From Bacteroidales bacterium (GTDB taxonomy: Bacteria > Bacteroidota > Bacteroidia > Bacteroidales > GWF2-38-335): a stretch of DNA of 64,000 bases. Positions 17,033-25,821 of this stretch are shown here, piece by piece. The number at the start of each line of letters is the position of its first letter. Within the stretch, counting starts at the first letter, position 1. Where the stretch lies: contig JAFGXD010000114.1 in the NCBI GenBank assembly GCA_016936815.1, forward strand, positions 5,377-69,376, given 5' to 3'. The notes under the pieces were generated by a model. That model had not been told where the DNA came from. It saw only the letters and a list, made by a program, of their open reading frames with translations, and made no database searches. Made by a program: the position numbers and the translations under genes.

Positions 17033-18114
17033 AAAAATTCCTGAAAATATTTATTGTATTTATTACTGCAATAACTGCGGGTTCACTTGTCATTTCTTGT
17101 TTTTCTGTATATATTGACCCCAGAAAATTCCTTTACCCGGCTTATTTTGGCTTAGCTTTCCCAATAATTTTCTTCCTACATTTGGTCTTAACAATTTTTT
17201 GGATATTAAGAAGAAACCGAAGTCTTATTTTTTTTACAACTCTAATCTTAATTATTTCGCTTCCGTGGTTTTTCGATGTTTTTCAAATAGATTTTTCAGC
17301 CAAAAAAGAAAAAAAAGGAAATACTATTAAGTTTATGACATACAACGTAAGAAATTTTAGCTTGTACGATTGGAAGAACAATGGAAAAAAACGTGATTTT
17401 ATGCTTGATTTTATTAAAATTGAAAAAGCTGACATAATTTGCTATCAGGAATTTTATTACGAAAGAAAGAAAGACTTTATTTCCCTTGACACAATTTGCA
17501 GCATTCAAGAAACACCTTTTTACCATATATATAACTCAAATACAATTAGTAGCTCTAACAATTTTGGACAGGCTACTTTTTCAAAATATCCAATTGTTAA
17601 CTCAGGAGAAATAACTTTTTCGTTCAGTAATAATTCTTGTATTTTTACTGATGTTTTGATAAATACCGACACAATAAGAGTTTACAACAATCATCTCGAA
17701 TCCATAAGATTTATGCAGGAAGAATACAATTTAATTGATAGCATTGCAATAAAATTCGAGGAAGAAGAATATCTTGGTATGGTAAAAAAACTAAGTACCG
17801 CCTACAAGTTCAGAGCAAGAGAGGTAGATGAAATATCCACACATATTAAAAACTGTACTTATCCGGTAATTGTATGCGGCGATTTTAACGACACACCAAT
17901 TTCTTATGCTTATAGAAAAATGAAAGGAGATTTATATGATGCTTTTAAAAAATCGGGGGCAGGTATAGGAGCAACTTACAATGGCAATATTCCATTTCAG
18001 AGGATAGACTATATTTTATACAGCAGAGATTTTGACTCATGGAACTATACCACAGGGGAAATTGAATATTCAGATCATTATCCTGTAATTTGTCTTTTGG
18101 AATTAAATAAATAA
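17029..18114 (+). CDS. Membrane-anchored endonuclease/exonuclease/phosphatase (EEP) family protein
   Basis: N-terminal TM helices, then an EEP fold ending with the YSDHYPV motif. TTG start overlaps the rhomboid stop by 4 nt. Rhomboid-rhomboid-EEP order is common in Flavobacteriia-like genomes. Confidence 0.7.
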   Translation: MKKFLKIFIVFITAITAGSLVISCFSVYIDPRKFLYPAYFGLAFPIIFFLHLVLTIFWILRRNRSLIFFTTLILIISLPWFFDVFQIDFSAKKEKKGNTIKFMTYNVRNFSLYDWKNNGKKRDFMLDFIKIEKADIICYQEFYYERKKDFISLDTICSIQETPFYHIYNSNTISSSNNFGQATFSKYPIVNSGEITFSFSNNSCIFTDVLINTDTIRVYNNHLESIRFMQEEYNLIDSIAIKFEEEEYLGMVKKLSTAYKFRAREVDEISTHIKNCTYPVIVCGDFNDTPISYAYRKMKGDLYDAFKKSGAGIGATYNGNIPFQRIDYILYSRDFDSWNYTTGEIEYSDHYPVICLLELNK

Positions 18115-18212
18115 TTCATATTTCGTTATTTCATCATCAAATTAATTCTTAAGATTTTATAACTTCTATTTTTGTAGGCAATTAAAGAAACCAATTAACT
18201 TTACAGTTTGAA

Positions 18213-19169
18213 ATGAAATTATTCTTATACATAGAAAGTCTGAGGTTCAGACAACTATTTCGGATTCTTGTTGAAATTGGTCTGATAAGAGCTCTTTTTG
18301 TATTAGGTTTTACCGGATATTTGTTGTTTGCCATAATCGAATTTTTCAATTTTGCTTTCTATGCCGATTTAATTAGTTTTGGTTTTGCTTCTTCTGTTAT
18401 TTCAATTCACTTACAAAGAAAAGATAAGGCATTTGTTAGGAAAGTAAGTAGTATGGCATTTTTTGTTTTTCTAACCGAATACCTATTGTTGGGATTGCCT
18501 GTTTACTTTTGTTCAATTCTTTATGATTCTGCTTTTCATGCATTACTATTGTTAATAGTTTCGCTTGCTATTAGTCTGGTGAACACTACAATAAGTTTCA
18601 GACAAATTACTTTTTTCAAGACTTTACCCTTTATTCCTTCAAGCAACATAGAATGGAAATCGGGATTTAGGCGAAAAGCTGTCTATATTGCATTATGCCT
18701 TGCAGGAGGTTTATGGCTTTCGCACATTAATCCGGCTCCGGCTGTGGCAATAATTATTATTACTTTTATTGTCTGCTCGTTCTACACCGAAAATGAACCG
18801 GAAATAATGCTGCAAAATTACGGTTACGATACGTATATGGTTTTGTTGAAAAAGATTTTTCAAGCTGTTTTTATGCTAATAATTCTAATTTCCCCCTTAA
18901 TTATTAAATTTTTATACCTATACCCAAATGAAGCCGATATCTTTGCTTTTGCAATTGCCGTATGCATTTTTACTCTGGCTTTTTCAATAATTTTTAAATA
19001 TGCAGTTTACGAACCCGCAACTATTGTAGAAAGGAATGTGCTAATTAATGGTTTTGTTCTTATTTGTTTTCTTATCCCTTATGTTGCTCCACTTCCAATA
19101 ATTATGTTAATTTATTATACGGGGAAAGCTTCCAGAAACTTAAAGAAATATTTGCATGCTTACAATTAA
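18213..19169 (+). CDS. Polytopic membrane protein of unknown family (candidate permease partner of the downstream ABC ATPase)
   Basis: About 8 hydrophobic segments and no recognisable motif. Its 3' end overlaps the ABC ATPase start by 14 nt. Confidence 0.4.
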   Translation: MKLFLYIESLRFRQLFRILVEIGLIRALFVLGFTGYLLFAIIEFFNFAFYADLISFGFASSVISIHLQRKDKAFVRKVSSMAFFVFLTEYLLLGLPVYFCSILYDSAFHALLLLIVSLAISLVNTTISFRQITFFKTLPFIPSSNIEWKSGFRRKAVYIALCLAGGLWLSHINPAPAVAIIIITFIVCSFYTENEPEIMLQNYGYDTYMVLLKKIFQAVFMLIILISPLIIKFLYLYPNEADIFAFAIAVCIFTLAFSIIFKYAVYEPATIVERNVLINGFVLICFLIPYVAPLPIIMLIYYTGKASRNLKKYLHAYN

Positions 19170-19839
19170 AAACCTATCGGTATCTTATGGCAACCAAGAT
19201 GTTATAAAAAATCTAGACTTAGAAATTAAACCGGGTGAATGTCATGGAATTGCAGGGCTGAATGGTGCCGGAAAAACAACACTATTCAATGCGATTTACG
19301 GATCGGTAAACAAGACATCGGGAGAAATTTTATTGTTTAACGAGAATATTGGAAAGAGTAATATTACCTTTCTTGAAACCCAACAATTCTTTTATTCCAG
19401 AATAACCGGGAATGAATATCTAAAGATTTTTCAAATTAGAAACAAAAAATTCGACATACCAGCATGGAACAAGATTTTTAATCTTCCAGTTAACAAACTA
19501 ATTGAAAATTATTCCACCGGAATGAAGAAAAAACTAGGATTGATGGGTATTCTAAGCATGGATAATCCGGTTTTCCTTTTCGATGAGCCTTTTAATGGAT
19601 TAGATTTAGAAACCAACAGAATTGTAAAACGAATTCTAGAAAACCTTGCCCACAGACAAAAAATTATTCTAATTTCTTCCCACATAATGGAGAGTTTAAC
19701 CGGACTTTGCGACAAAATTTCATATTTGAATAATGGGAAGATAGAATTTACCACAGACAAAACCGGCTTTAAGGAAATAGAAAACAGGATTTTTAAAGGT
19801 TTGAATGAAGAACAACTAGATTTACCCTTTTCGAAATAA
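19156..19839 (+). CDS. ABC transporter ATP-binding protein
   Basis: Walker A GLNGAGKTT, signature YSTGMKKKL, Walker B VFLFDEP, H-loop SSHIM. Confidence 0.85.
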   Translation: MLTIKNLSVSYGNQDVIKNLDLEIKPGECHGIAGLNGAGKTTLFNAIYGSVNKTSGEILLFNENIGKSNITFLETQQFFYSRITGNEYLKIFQIRNKKFDIPAWNKIFNLPVNKLIENYSTGMKKKLGLMGILSMDNPVFLFDEPFNGLDLETNRIVKRILENLAHRQKIILISSHIMESLTGLCDKISYLNNGKIEFTTDKTGFKEIENRIFKGLNEEQLDLPFSK

Positions 19840-19849
19840 CCAACCTAAA

Positions 19850-22744
19850 TTAATCGTCGAAAAGACTCATCTGAGAAATATCGCCCGGTTTATGGTTTTT
19901 TGTTTCTTTCTTAGGAGTTTGTTTTAATTCCTTTTTCTCTTTAGCAGGCTTTTCGGGCTTATCTTTTTTGTCCTCAATAATAAATTCTACATCTTTATCA
20001 ATAAACTCCATTTTAGATGTTGTTTCCAACTTCTCTTCTATTTCATCTTCTGCTTTAGACTTTTCTTCTTCAACAACTTCTTCATTTTCTTCATCATCTA
20101 ATTCATAATCATTATCTTCAGAGATAATCTCAACTGAATTTTCGTCCATTGTTGCAAGTTCTGTTTCACTTGTTTCAAGCCCCTCTAAGTCCTTAACCTC
20201 TTCTTCCTCAACTTCTTTTGGATCTAACCACACAATATTTTTTACCTCAAAAGTACTTAGTCTTTTACCTCTGGCCTTAAATGATTTAACAGCAATAAAT
20301 TCGTCGGCATCAATTTTTTCCGGAGTCCTATCTTTGTGTTTGCCTCCAAATTGAACTTCCAAAATTGGATACTTATCTTCGATTAAATCAATTAAATACG
20401 ACTTTTCATTATCACCTATAAAGGAGCTTAATTTCTCTGTATTTTCGAATTGAAACCTTTTTAAATACTGAAATTCTTGTTCTCCATCGAAAAACAGTAC
20501 GGTAAAGATTTTATTGGGGTTAAATTTTTCAATTTTCAACAAATCGTCCTCGTAATGGTTTGTAAGCTCGAAAGAAGACATTCGGAACTTACCTGATTTT
20601 GTAATAACCAGAAGTTTTTCATCTCCGTGAAACTCACCAAGATACTCCCCTCTTTCATCGTTGTTAAGTCTTAAAACATCCCAATCGAACCAAATTTGCA
20701 AACCACCTAGAGTTGAAACACCTTGTTCTTTTAGGGAAATTTTATGAACTTCGTTTTTAGTTAAAATGTTACCTATTGAACTTCTACCCTTAATTACCAA
20801 TTCGCTAAAATCCTGCTCAAGAATCAATCTTCGCAATTTTGGTTTTGGTTTCAGCCATACCTTTACAACTTCAGCCTCACCATTTGGATTTGCGCTGAAA
20901 TATAATATTCTGGAGCCCTCGGTTCCTTTGGTAATGTCGTATTCTTTATCTCTGGTAATGGAAGTTACCGGGAAACGTTTCATAAAAACATTTCCTGCCT
21001 TACCATCGCGGTAAATTACATTATAAATAGTACGGTCGTCATTCTTTTTAAACACATCAATATGAAGAATGTCTTTTCCAAAGAAAGATTTATCAGAAAC
21101 CTTACTAACAATAAATTTTCCATTTTTCAGAAATACAATAATATCGTCAATATCGGAACATTCGCATACAAATTCTTCTTTCTTAAGCCCCATGCCAAAA
21201 AAGCCTTCCTTACGGTCAACATAAAGTTTTTCGTTAGCCACAACAACTTTGGAGGCAACAATGGTATCAAAATTTCTTATTTCGGTTCTTCTTTCTTTTG
21301 CGGCACCATGTTTTTTTCTAATTTGAATGAAATAGTTTATAGTAAAATCAACAATATTATCTAAATGATTTTGAACCTCTTCCATTTCTGTTTCAATGCC
21401 TTTAATATGTTCATCGGCCTTAAAAGCATCGAATTTTGAAATACGTTTAATTCTAATTTCTGTTAATTTTGTAATATCTTCTTCAGTAATTTCCCTGCGG
21501 AACAGTTTTTTGTAAGGTTTTAAACCATCGTCAATTGCAGTAATAATTGCTTCCCAGGTTTCACATTCTTCAATATCTCTATAAATACGTTTTTCAATAA
21601 AAATCTTTTCCAAAGACGAGAAGTGCCAGTCTTCTTCGAGCTCCGACATACGTATCTGCAATTCCAGCTTTAGCAATTCCAGAGTATGATTTGTGTTGTG
21701 TTTTAGAATTTCGGAAACACCAATAAATCTGGGTTTATCGTGCTCAATAACGCAGCAGTTGGGTGAAATAGATAATTCACAATCTGTAAAAGCATAAAGT
21801 GCATCAATAGTTTTATCTGATGAGACTCCGGGGGCAAGATGAACCAAAATTTCTACGTTTTCTGCAGTATTATCATCAATCTTTCTAATTTTAATTTTCC
21901 CCTTTTCGTTTGCTCTAATAATTGATTCAATTAACGTTCCTGTGGTTCTTCCGAAAGGCAGTTCGGTAATAACTAAAGTTTTTTTATCCAGCTTATCAAT
22001 TTTTGCCCTAACTTTTACAGCTCCCCCTCTAATTCCATCGTTATATCTGGAAACATCCACCAGTCCTGCTGTTGGAAAATCGGGAAATAATTCAAACTCC
22101 TTACCCTGAAGAATATTTATTGAGGCATCTATCAGCTCCAAAAAATTATGAGGAAGAATTTTAGAAGCAAGTCCAACCGCAATACCTTCAACACCCTGAG
22201 CCAACAACAGCGGAAATTTTACCGGCAAAGCTATTGGTTCTTTGTTTCTGCCATCGTATGAAGGTTTCCACTGAGTAGTTTTTGGGTTAAAAACAACATC
22301 AAGAGCAAATTTCGAAAGTCTGGCTTCAATATAACGAGGAGCAGCACTTCCATCTCCTGTATGCACGTTACCCCAGTTACCTTGCTGATCTATAAGAAGT
22401 TCTTTCTGACCAAGTTGCACCAAAGCATCGCCAATAGAAGCATCGCCATGTGGATGAAACTGCATAGTATGACCAATAATATTGGCTACTTTGTTGTATC
22501 GCCCGTCTTCTAAGCGTTTCATTGAATGAAGAATTCTTCTTTGTACAGGCTTTAATCCATCATCAATATGAGGTACAGCACGTTCTAGAATTACATAAGA
22601 AGCATAATCGAGAAACCAATCCTTATACATTCCCGAAAGCAAAGTAATTCTGGGACGGTCTCCATCAGCATTTCCATCAGGATTACCTTCATCCAGATAT
22701 TCGTATTCGTCGAATTGGTTCATATTTTCGCTTTCTTCACTCAT
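19850..22744 (-). CDS. parC: DNA topoisomerase IV subunit A (type IIA topoisomerase A subunit) with a ~130-aa acidic/lysine-rich C-terminal tail
   Basis: GyrA/ParC N-terminal motifs (RAVPHIDDGLKPVQRRIL, HPHGD, active-site region AAPRYIEARL). Start overlaps the parE stop (TAATG). Low-complexity E/D/K tail ends in QMSLFDD. Confidence 0.85.
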   Translation of the reverse strand: MSEESENMNQFDEYEYLDEGNPDGNADGDRPRITLLSGMYKDWFLDYASYVILERAVPHIDDGLKPVQRRILHSMKRLEDGRYNKVANIIGHTMQFHPHGDASIGDALVQLGQKELLIDQQGNWGNVHTGDGSAAPRYIEARLSKFALDVVFNPKTTQWKPSYDGRNKEPIALPVKFPLLLAQGVEGIAVGLASKILPHNFLELIDASINILQGKEFELFPDFPTAGLVDVSRYNDGIRGGAVKVRAKIDKLDKKTLVITELPFGRTTGTLIESIIRANEKGKIKIRKIDDNTAENVEILVHLAPGVSSDKTIDALYAFTDCELSISPNCCVIEHDKPRFIGVSEILKHNTNHTLELLKLELQIRMSELEEDWHFSSLEKIFIEKRIYRDIEECETWEAIITAIDDGLKPYKKLFRREITEEDITKLTEIRIKRISKFDAFKADEHIKGIETEMEEVQNHLDNIVDFTINYFIQIRKKHGAAKERRTEIRNFDTIVASKVVVANEKLYVDRKEGFFGMGLKKEEFVCECSDIDDIIVFLKNGKFIVSKVSDKSFFGKDILHIDVFKKNDDRTIYNVIYRDGKAGNVFMKRFPVTSITRDKEYDITKGTEGSRILYFSANPNGEAEVVKVWLKPKPKLRRLILEQDFSELVIKGRSSIGNILTKNEVHKISLKEQGVSTLGGLQIWFDWDVLRLNNDERGEYLGEFHGDEKLLVITKSGKFRMSSFELTNHYEDDLLKIEKFNPNKIFTVLFFDGEQEFQYLKRFQFENTEKLSSFIGDNEKSYLIDLIEDKYPILEVQFGGKHKDRTPEKIDADEFIAVKSFKARGKRLSTFEVKNIVWLDPKEVEEEEVKDLEGLETSETELATMDENSVEIISEDNDYELDDEENEEVVEEEKSKAEDEIEEKLETTSKMEFIDKDVEFIIEDKKDKPEKPAKEKKELKQTPKKETKNHKPGDISQMSLFDD

Positions 22745-24576
22745 TATACAATTTCTTCTTCAATTCTTAAGTTTTCAACAATAAAATCCTGTCTTTCAGG
22801 GGTATTCTTTCCCATATAGAATTCCAACATTTTGTTTATTGAATCTTCTTTTCTCATTTTAACAGGCTCAAGACGAATATCTTCACCAATAAAATTCTTA
22901 AATTCTCCGGGACTAATTTCACCAAGACCTTTAAATCTAGTAATTTCAGGGTTGGGTTTTAATCTTTCTATTGCATCCATTCTTTCAGCATCGGAATAAC
23001 AATAAACTGTTTCTTTTTTGTTTCTAACTCTGAAAAGAGGGGTTTGGAGAATAAACAGATTGCCGTTTCTAACCAAATCCGGGAAGAATTGTAGAAAAAA
23101 AGTAATTAACAGCAAGCGAATGTGCATACCGTCAACATCGGCATCAGTAGCAATAACCACATGTCTGTATCTTAAATTATCTATTCCTTCTTCAATATTA
23201 AGAGCAGCCTGAAGAAGGTTAAATTCTTCATTTTCGTAAACAATCTTTTTTGTAAGTCCGTAAGAATTTAGCGGTTTACCTTTAAGGCTAAAAACTGCCT
23301 GAGTAGCAACATCTCTTGATTTTGTAATTGAACCGCTTGCAGAATCGCCCTCTGTAATAAAAATGGTAGTATCAGTTTTTCTTTCGTGATTGGAATTATA
23401 ATGAACTTTGCAATCTCGAAGTTTTTTATTGTGTAAATTGGCTTTTTTTGCTCTTTCTCTTGCAATTTTTTGAATTCCTGAGATTGCCTTTCTTTCTTTT
23501 TCAGAATCTTGAATTTTTCTTAAAAGTATTTCGGCAGTTGCAGGATTTTTGTGTAAATAGTTATCAAGTTCATTTTTAAGAAAATCTACAATAAAATTTC
23601 TTACACTGGGACCTTTGGGGCCAATATCTTTGGAACCTAGTTTTGTTTTGGTTTGCGACTCAAAAACAGGTTCTTCTACCTTTATACTTATTGCCGTTAT
23701 AATTGAAGTACGAATATCAGCGGCATCAAAATCTTTTTTATAGAATTCTCTAATAGTCTTAACAACAGCTTCCTTATAGGCTAAAAGGTGAGTTCCACCC
23801 TGACTTGTAAACTGTCCGTTAACAAAAGAATAGTATTCTTCTCCGTATTGATTTCCATGGGTTAGAGCGACTTCAATATCTTCACCAATAAGATGAATTA
23901 TGGGATATAGCCCTTCACTAGACATGTTTTCGTTGAGAAGGTCTACAAGTCCATTTTTTGAAAAATATCTTTGTCCGTTAAGTAATATAGAAAGTCCTGC
24001 ATTTAGAAACACATAGTTTTTCACCATTGTTTCCACGTATTCCATATTGAAATTAAAATGACCAAACACCTCGTCGTCTGGAGTAAATTTTGTTTCAACG
24101 CCATTTTCTTCAACAGTTTTGCAAATGGGGCTATCAGTAACAATTTCACCGCAAGAAAAAAGAATTTCTTTAACCTCGCCTTCTCTAAAAGATCGAATAT
24201 TAAATTGCTTTGAAAGTGCATTTACCGCCTTAATACCCACGCCATTAAGTCCTACAGATTTCTTAAAAACTTTTGAATCGTATTTAGCACCGGTGTTCAT
24301 TTTAGAAGCTACATCCTCAAGTTTTCCCAACGGAATACCACGACCACGGTCTCTTACGAGAACTTCTTTATCAGAAATTTTAACATCAATAACCCTTCCG
24401 TTTCCCATTGCAAATTCGTCAATGGAATTATCTATTACTTCCTTAATCAGAATATAAATACCATCATCCTGAGAGGAGCCATCGCCAAGTTTTCCGATAT
24501 ACATACCGGGTCTTCTGCGTATATGTTCCTTCCAATCGAGGGTCTTTATACTGTCTTCTGAATATTGTTCAATCAT
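22744..24576 (-). CDS. parE: DNA topoisomerase IV subunit B (type IIA topoisomerase B subunit)
   Basis: GHKL ATPase motifs ([24 protein letters not shown]), Toprim (TEGDSA, DADVDG). The ATG at 24576 ([15 protein letters not shown]) is preferred over the TTG at 24597. Confidence 0.85.
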   Translation of the reverse strand: MIEQYSEDSIKTLDWKEHIRRRPGMYIGKLGDGSSQDDGIYILIKEVIDNSIDEFAMGNGRVIDVKISDKEVLVRDRGRGIPLGKLEDVASKMNTGAKYDSKVFKKSVGLNGVGIKAVNALSKQFNIRSFREGEVKEILFSCGEIVTDSPICKTVEENGVETKFTPDDEVFGHFNFNMEYVETMVKNYVFLNAGLSILLNGQRYFSKNGLVDLLNENMSSEGLYPIIHLIGEDIEVALTHGNQYGEEYYSFVNGQFTSQGGTHLLAYKEAVVKTIREFYKKDFDAADIRTSIITAISIKVEEPVFESQTKTKLGSKDIGPKGPSVRNFIVDFLKNELDNYLHKNPATAEILLRKIQDSEKERKAISGIQKIARERAKKANLHNKKLRDCKVHYNSNHERKTDTTIFITEGDSASGSITKSRDVATQAVFSLKGKPLNSYGLTKKIVYENEEFNLLQAALNIEEGIDNLRYRHVVIATDADVDGMHIRLLLITFFLQFFPDLVRNGNLFILQTPLFRVRNKKETVYCYSDAERMDAIERLKPNPEITRFKGLGEISPGEFKNFIGEDIRLEPVKMRKEDSINKMLEFYMGKNTPERQDFIVENLRIEEEIV

Positions 24577-24691
24577 TAAGGAAAAATTTTGCTGCAAAGA
24601 TACTGAAAAGCCTAAGTTTAGAGACGTTTATATATCTAGTGTTTTCAACAAAAATATTAACAATTGAGATTAAGTATAGCAAGTTTTTTGC

Positions 24692-24716
24692 AAAAAAAAA
24701 CCGGCGTTAACCGGTT
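24692..24716 (-). terminator. Rho-independent terminator after the ompH/skp pair
   Basis: On the minus strand: hairpin AACCGG-TTAACG-CCGGTT followed by T9. Confidence 0.75.
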
Positions 24717-24723
24717 CATTTTA

Positions 24724-25239
24724 TTATTCAATTCCTAGTTTTTTCTTAACCGCAGGAAGTATGTCGTCTGAATTTTCTGGCCAGTATAGCAGAACTCCAA
24801 CACTGGTATCGAAAATGTAAGTATAACCTTGTTCTTTTGCAATTTCAGAAATAGCATTTTTAGCCTTTTCAATAATAGGTGAAAGTATCTCTTCTTGTTT
24901 TTTCTGAAGTCTTTGCTGAGCATCAATTCTGTACTGTTCAATTTTCTGTCCCATTTCTTGAATTTCAGTCATTTTCTTGTTCATAAGAAATTCATCAAGG
25001 TCTTTGTTTTGCTGAATATAAGTAGCCATTTTCTCATATTCTTCCATCATAATGCTTAGTTCATTTTCCAACTGAGCTGTATAAGTTTGCATAGCCTTTT
25101 CAGCTTCGGCACGTTCGGGCATTAGAGAAAGAAGTTTTCCTGAATCGATATGACCGAATTTATTATCTTTTTGAGCCATTAGGTTTACAGAAACCATTAG
25201 CACAAAAACCAGAATTGATAATCTTGAAATTAAGTTCAT
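24724..25239 (-). CDS. OmpH/Skp family periplasmic chaperone
   Basis: Signal peptide (LMA|QKD), coiled-coil-rich, ~170 aa, downstream of bamA. Confidence 0.85.
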   Translation of the reverse strand: MNLISRLSILVFVLMVSVNLMAQKDNKFGHIDSGKLLSLMPERAEAEKAMQTYTAQLENELSIMMEEYEKMATYIQQNKDLDEFLMNKKMTEIQEMGQKIEQYRIDAQQRLQKKQEEILSPIIEKAKNAISEIAKEQGYTYIFDTSVGVLLYWPENSDDILPAVKKKLGIE

Positions 25240-25277
25240 AGAAAGATTTTTTTAAATTTAGTTGGCAAAGGTAAGAA

Positions 25278-25799
25278 TTAATTTTTATAACCCAATTTTT
25301 TCAAAATTTCGTCGCTTTTGTCGTATTTTGGGTCGGTAAACAGAATATTTGCAGAACCGCTAGAAGTATCGAAAATAATGGCATAACCTCCTTCTTCAGC
25401 CATTTGTTTAACTGCATTAAATACTTCATCTTGCAAAGGTTTTACAAGTTCCTGACGTTTCTTAAAAAGATCTCCGGAAGTTGGGGAAAATCTCTTCTTT
25501 TGCATTTCCTTAGCTTCTTTCTCTTTATTAATAATTTCGTCTTCTCTTTTAGTTTTCATTTCTTCTGTAAGAAGCACTTTTTCAGCCTGAAAATCCTTAT
25601 ACATTTTATCTATTTCGGCATAAACTGTTTCGATTTCTTTTTGGTATTCAACCGCTAATTCGTCGATCTGAGCTTGAGCAGCTTCGTACGCCGGAATTTT
25701 CTTAAGTATGTAATCGGAATCCACATAAGCGAATTTTTGTGCCATAGATGCAGTTACGATAAGAATCATAATGCCCAGACTTGCTACAATCTTTTTCAT
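25278..25799 (-). CDS. OmpH/Skp family periplasmic chaperone (second copy)
   Basis: Signal peptide (SMA|QKF), FAYVDSDYIL start typical of Skp, coiled-coil. Confidence 0.85.
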   Translation of the reverse strand: MKKIVASLGIMILIVTASMAQKFAYVDSDYILKKIPAYEAAQAQIDELAVEYQKEIETVYAEIDKMYKDFQAEKVLLTEEMKTKREDEIINKEKEAKEMQKKRFSPTSGDLFKKRQELVKPLQDEVFNAVKQMAEEGGYAIIFDTSSGSANILFTDPKYDKSDEILKKLGYKN

Positions 25800-25821
25800 G
25801 ATATTCAGTTTTTATTAGTTA

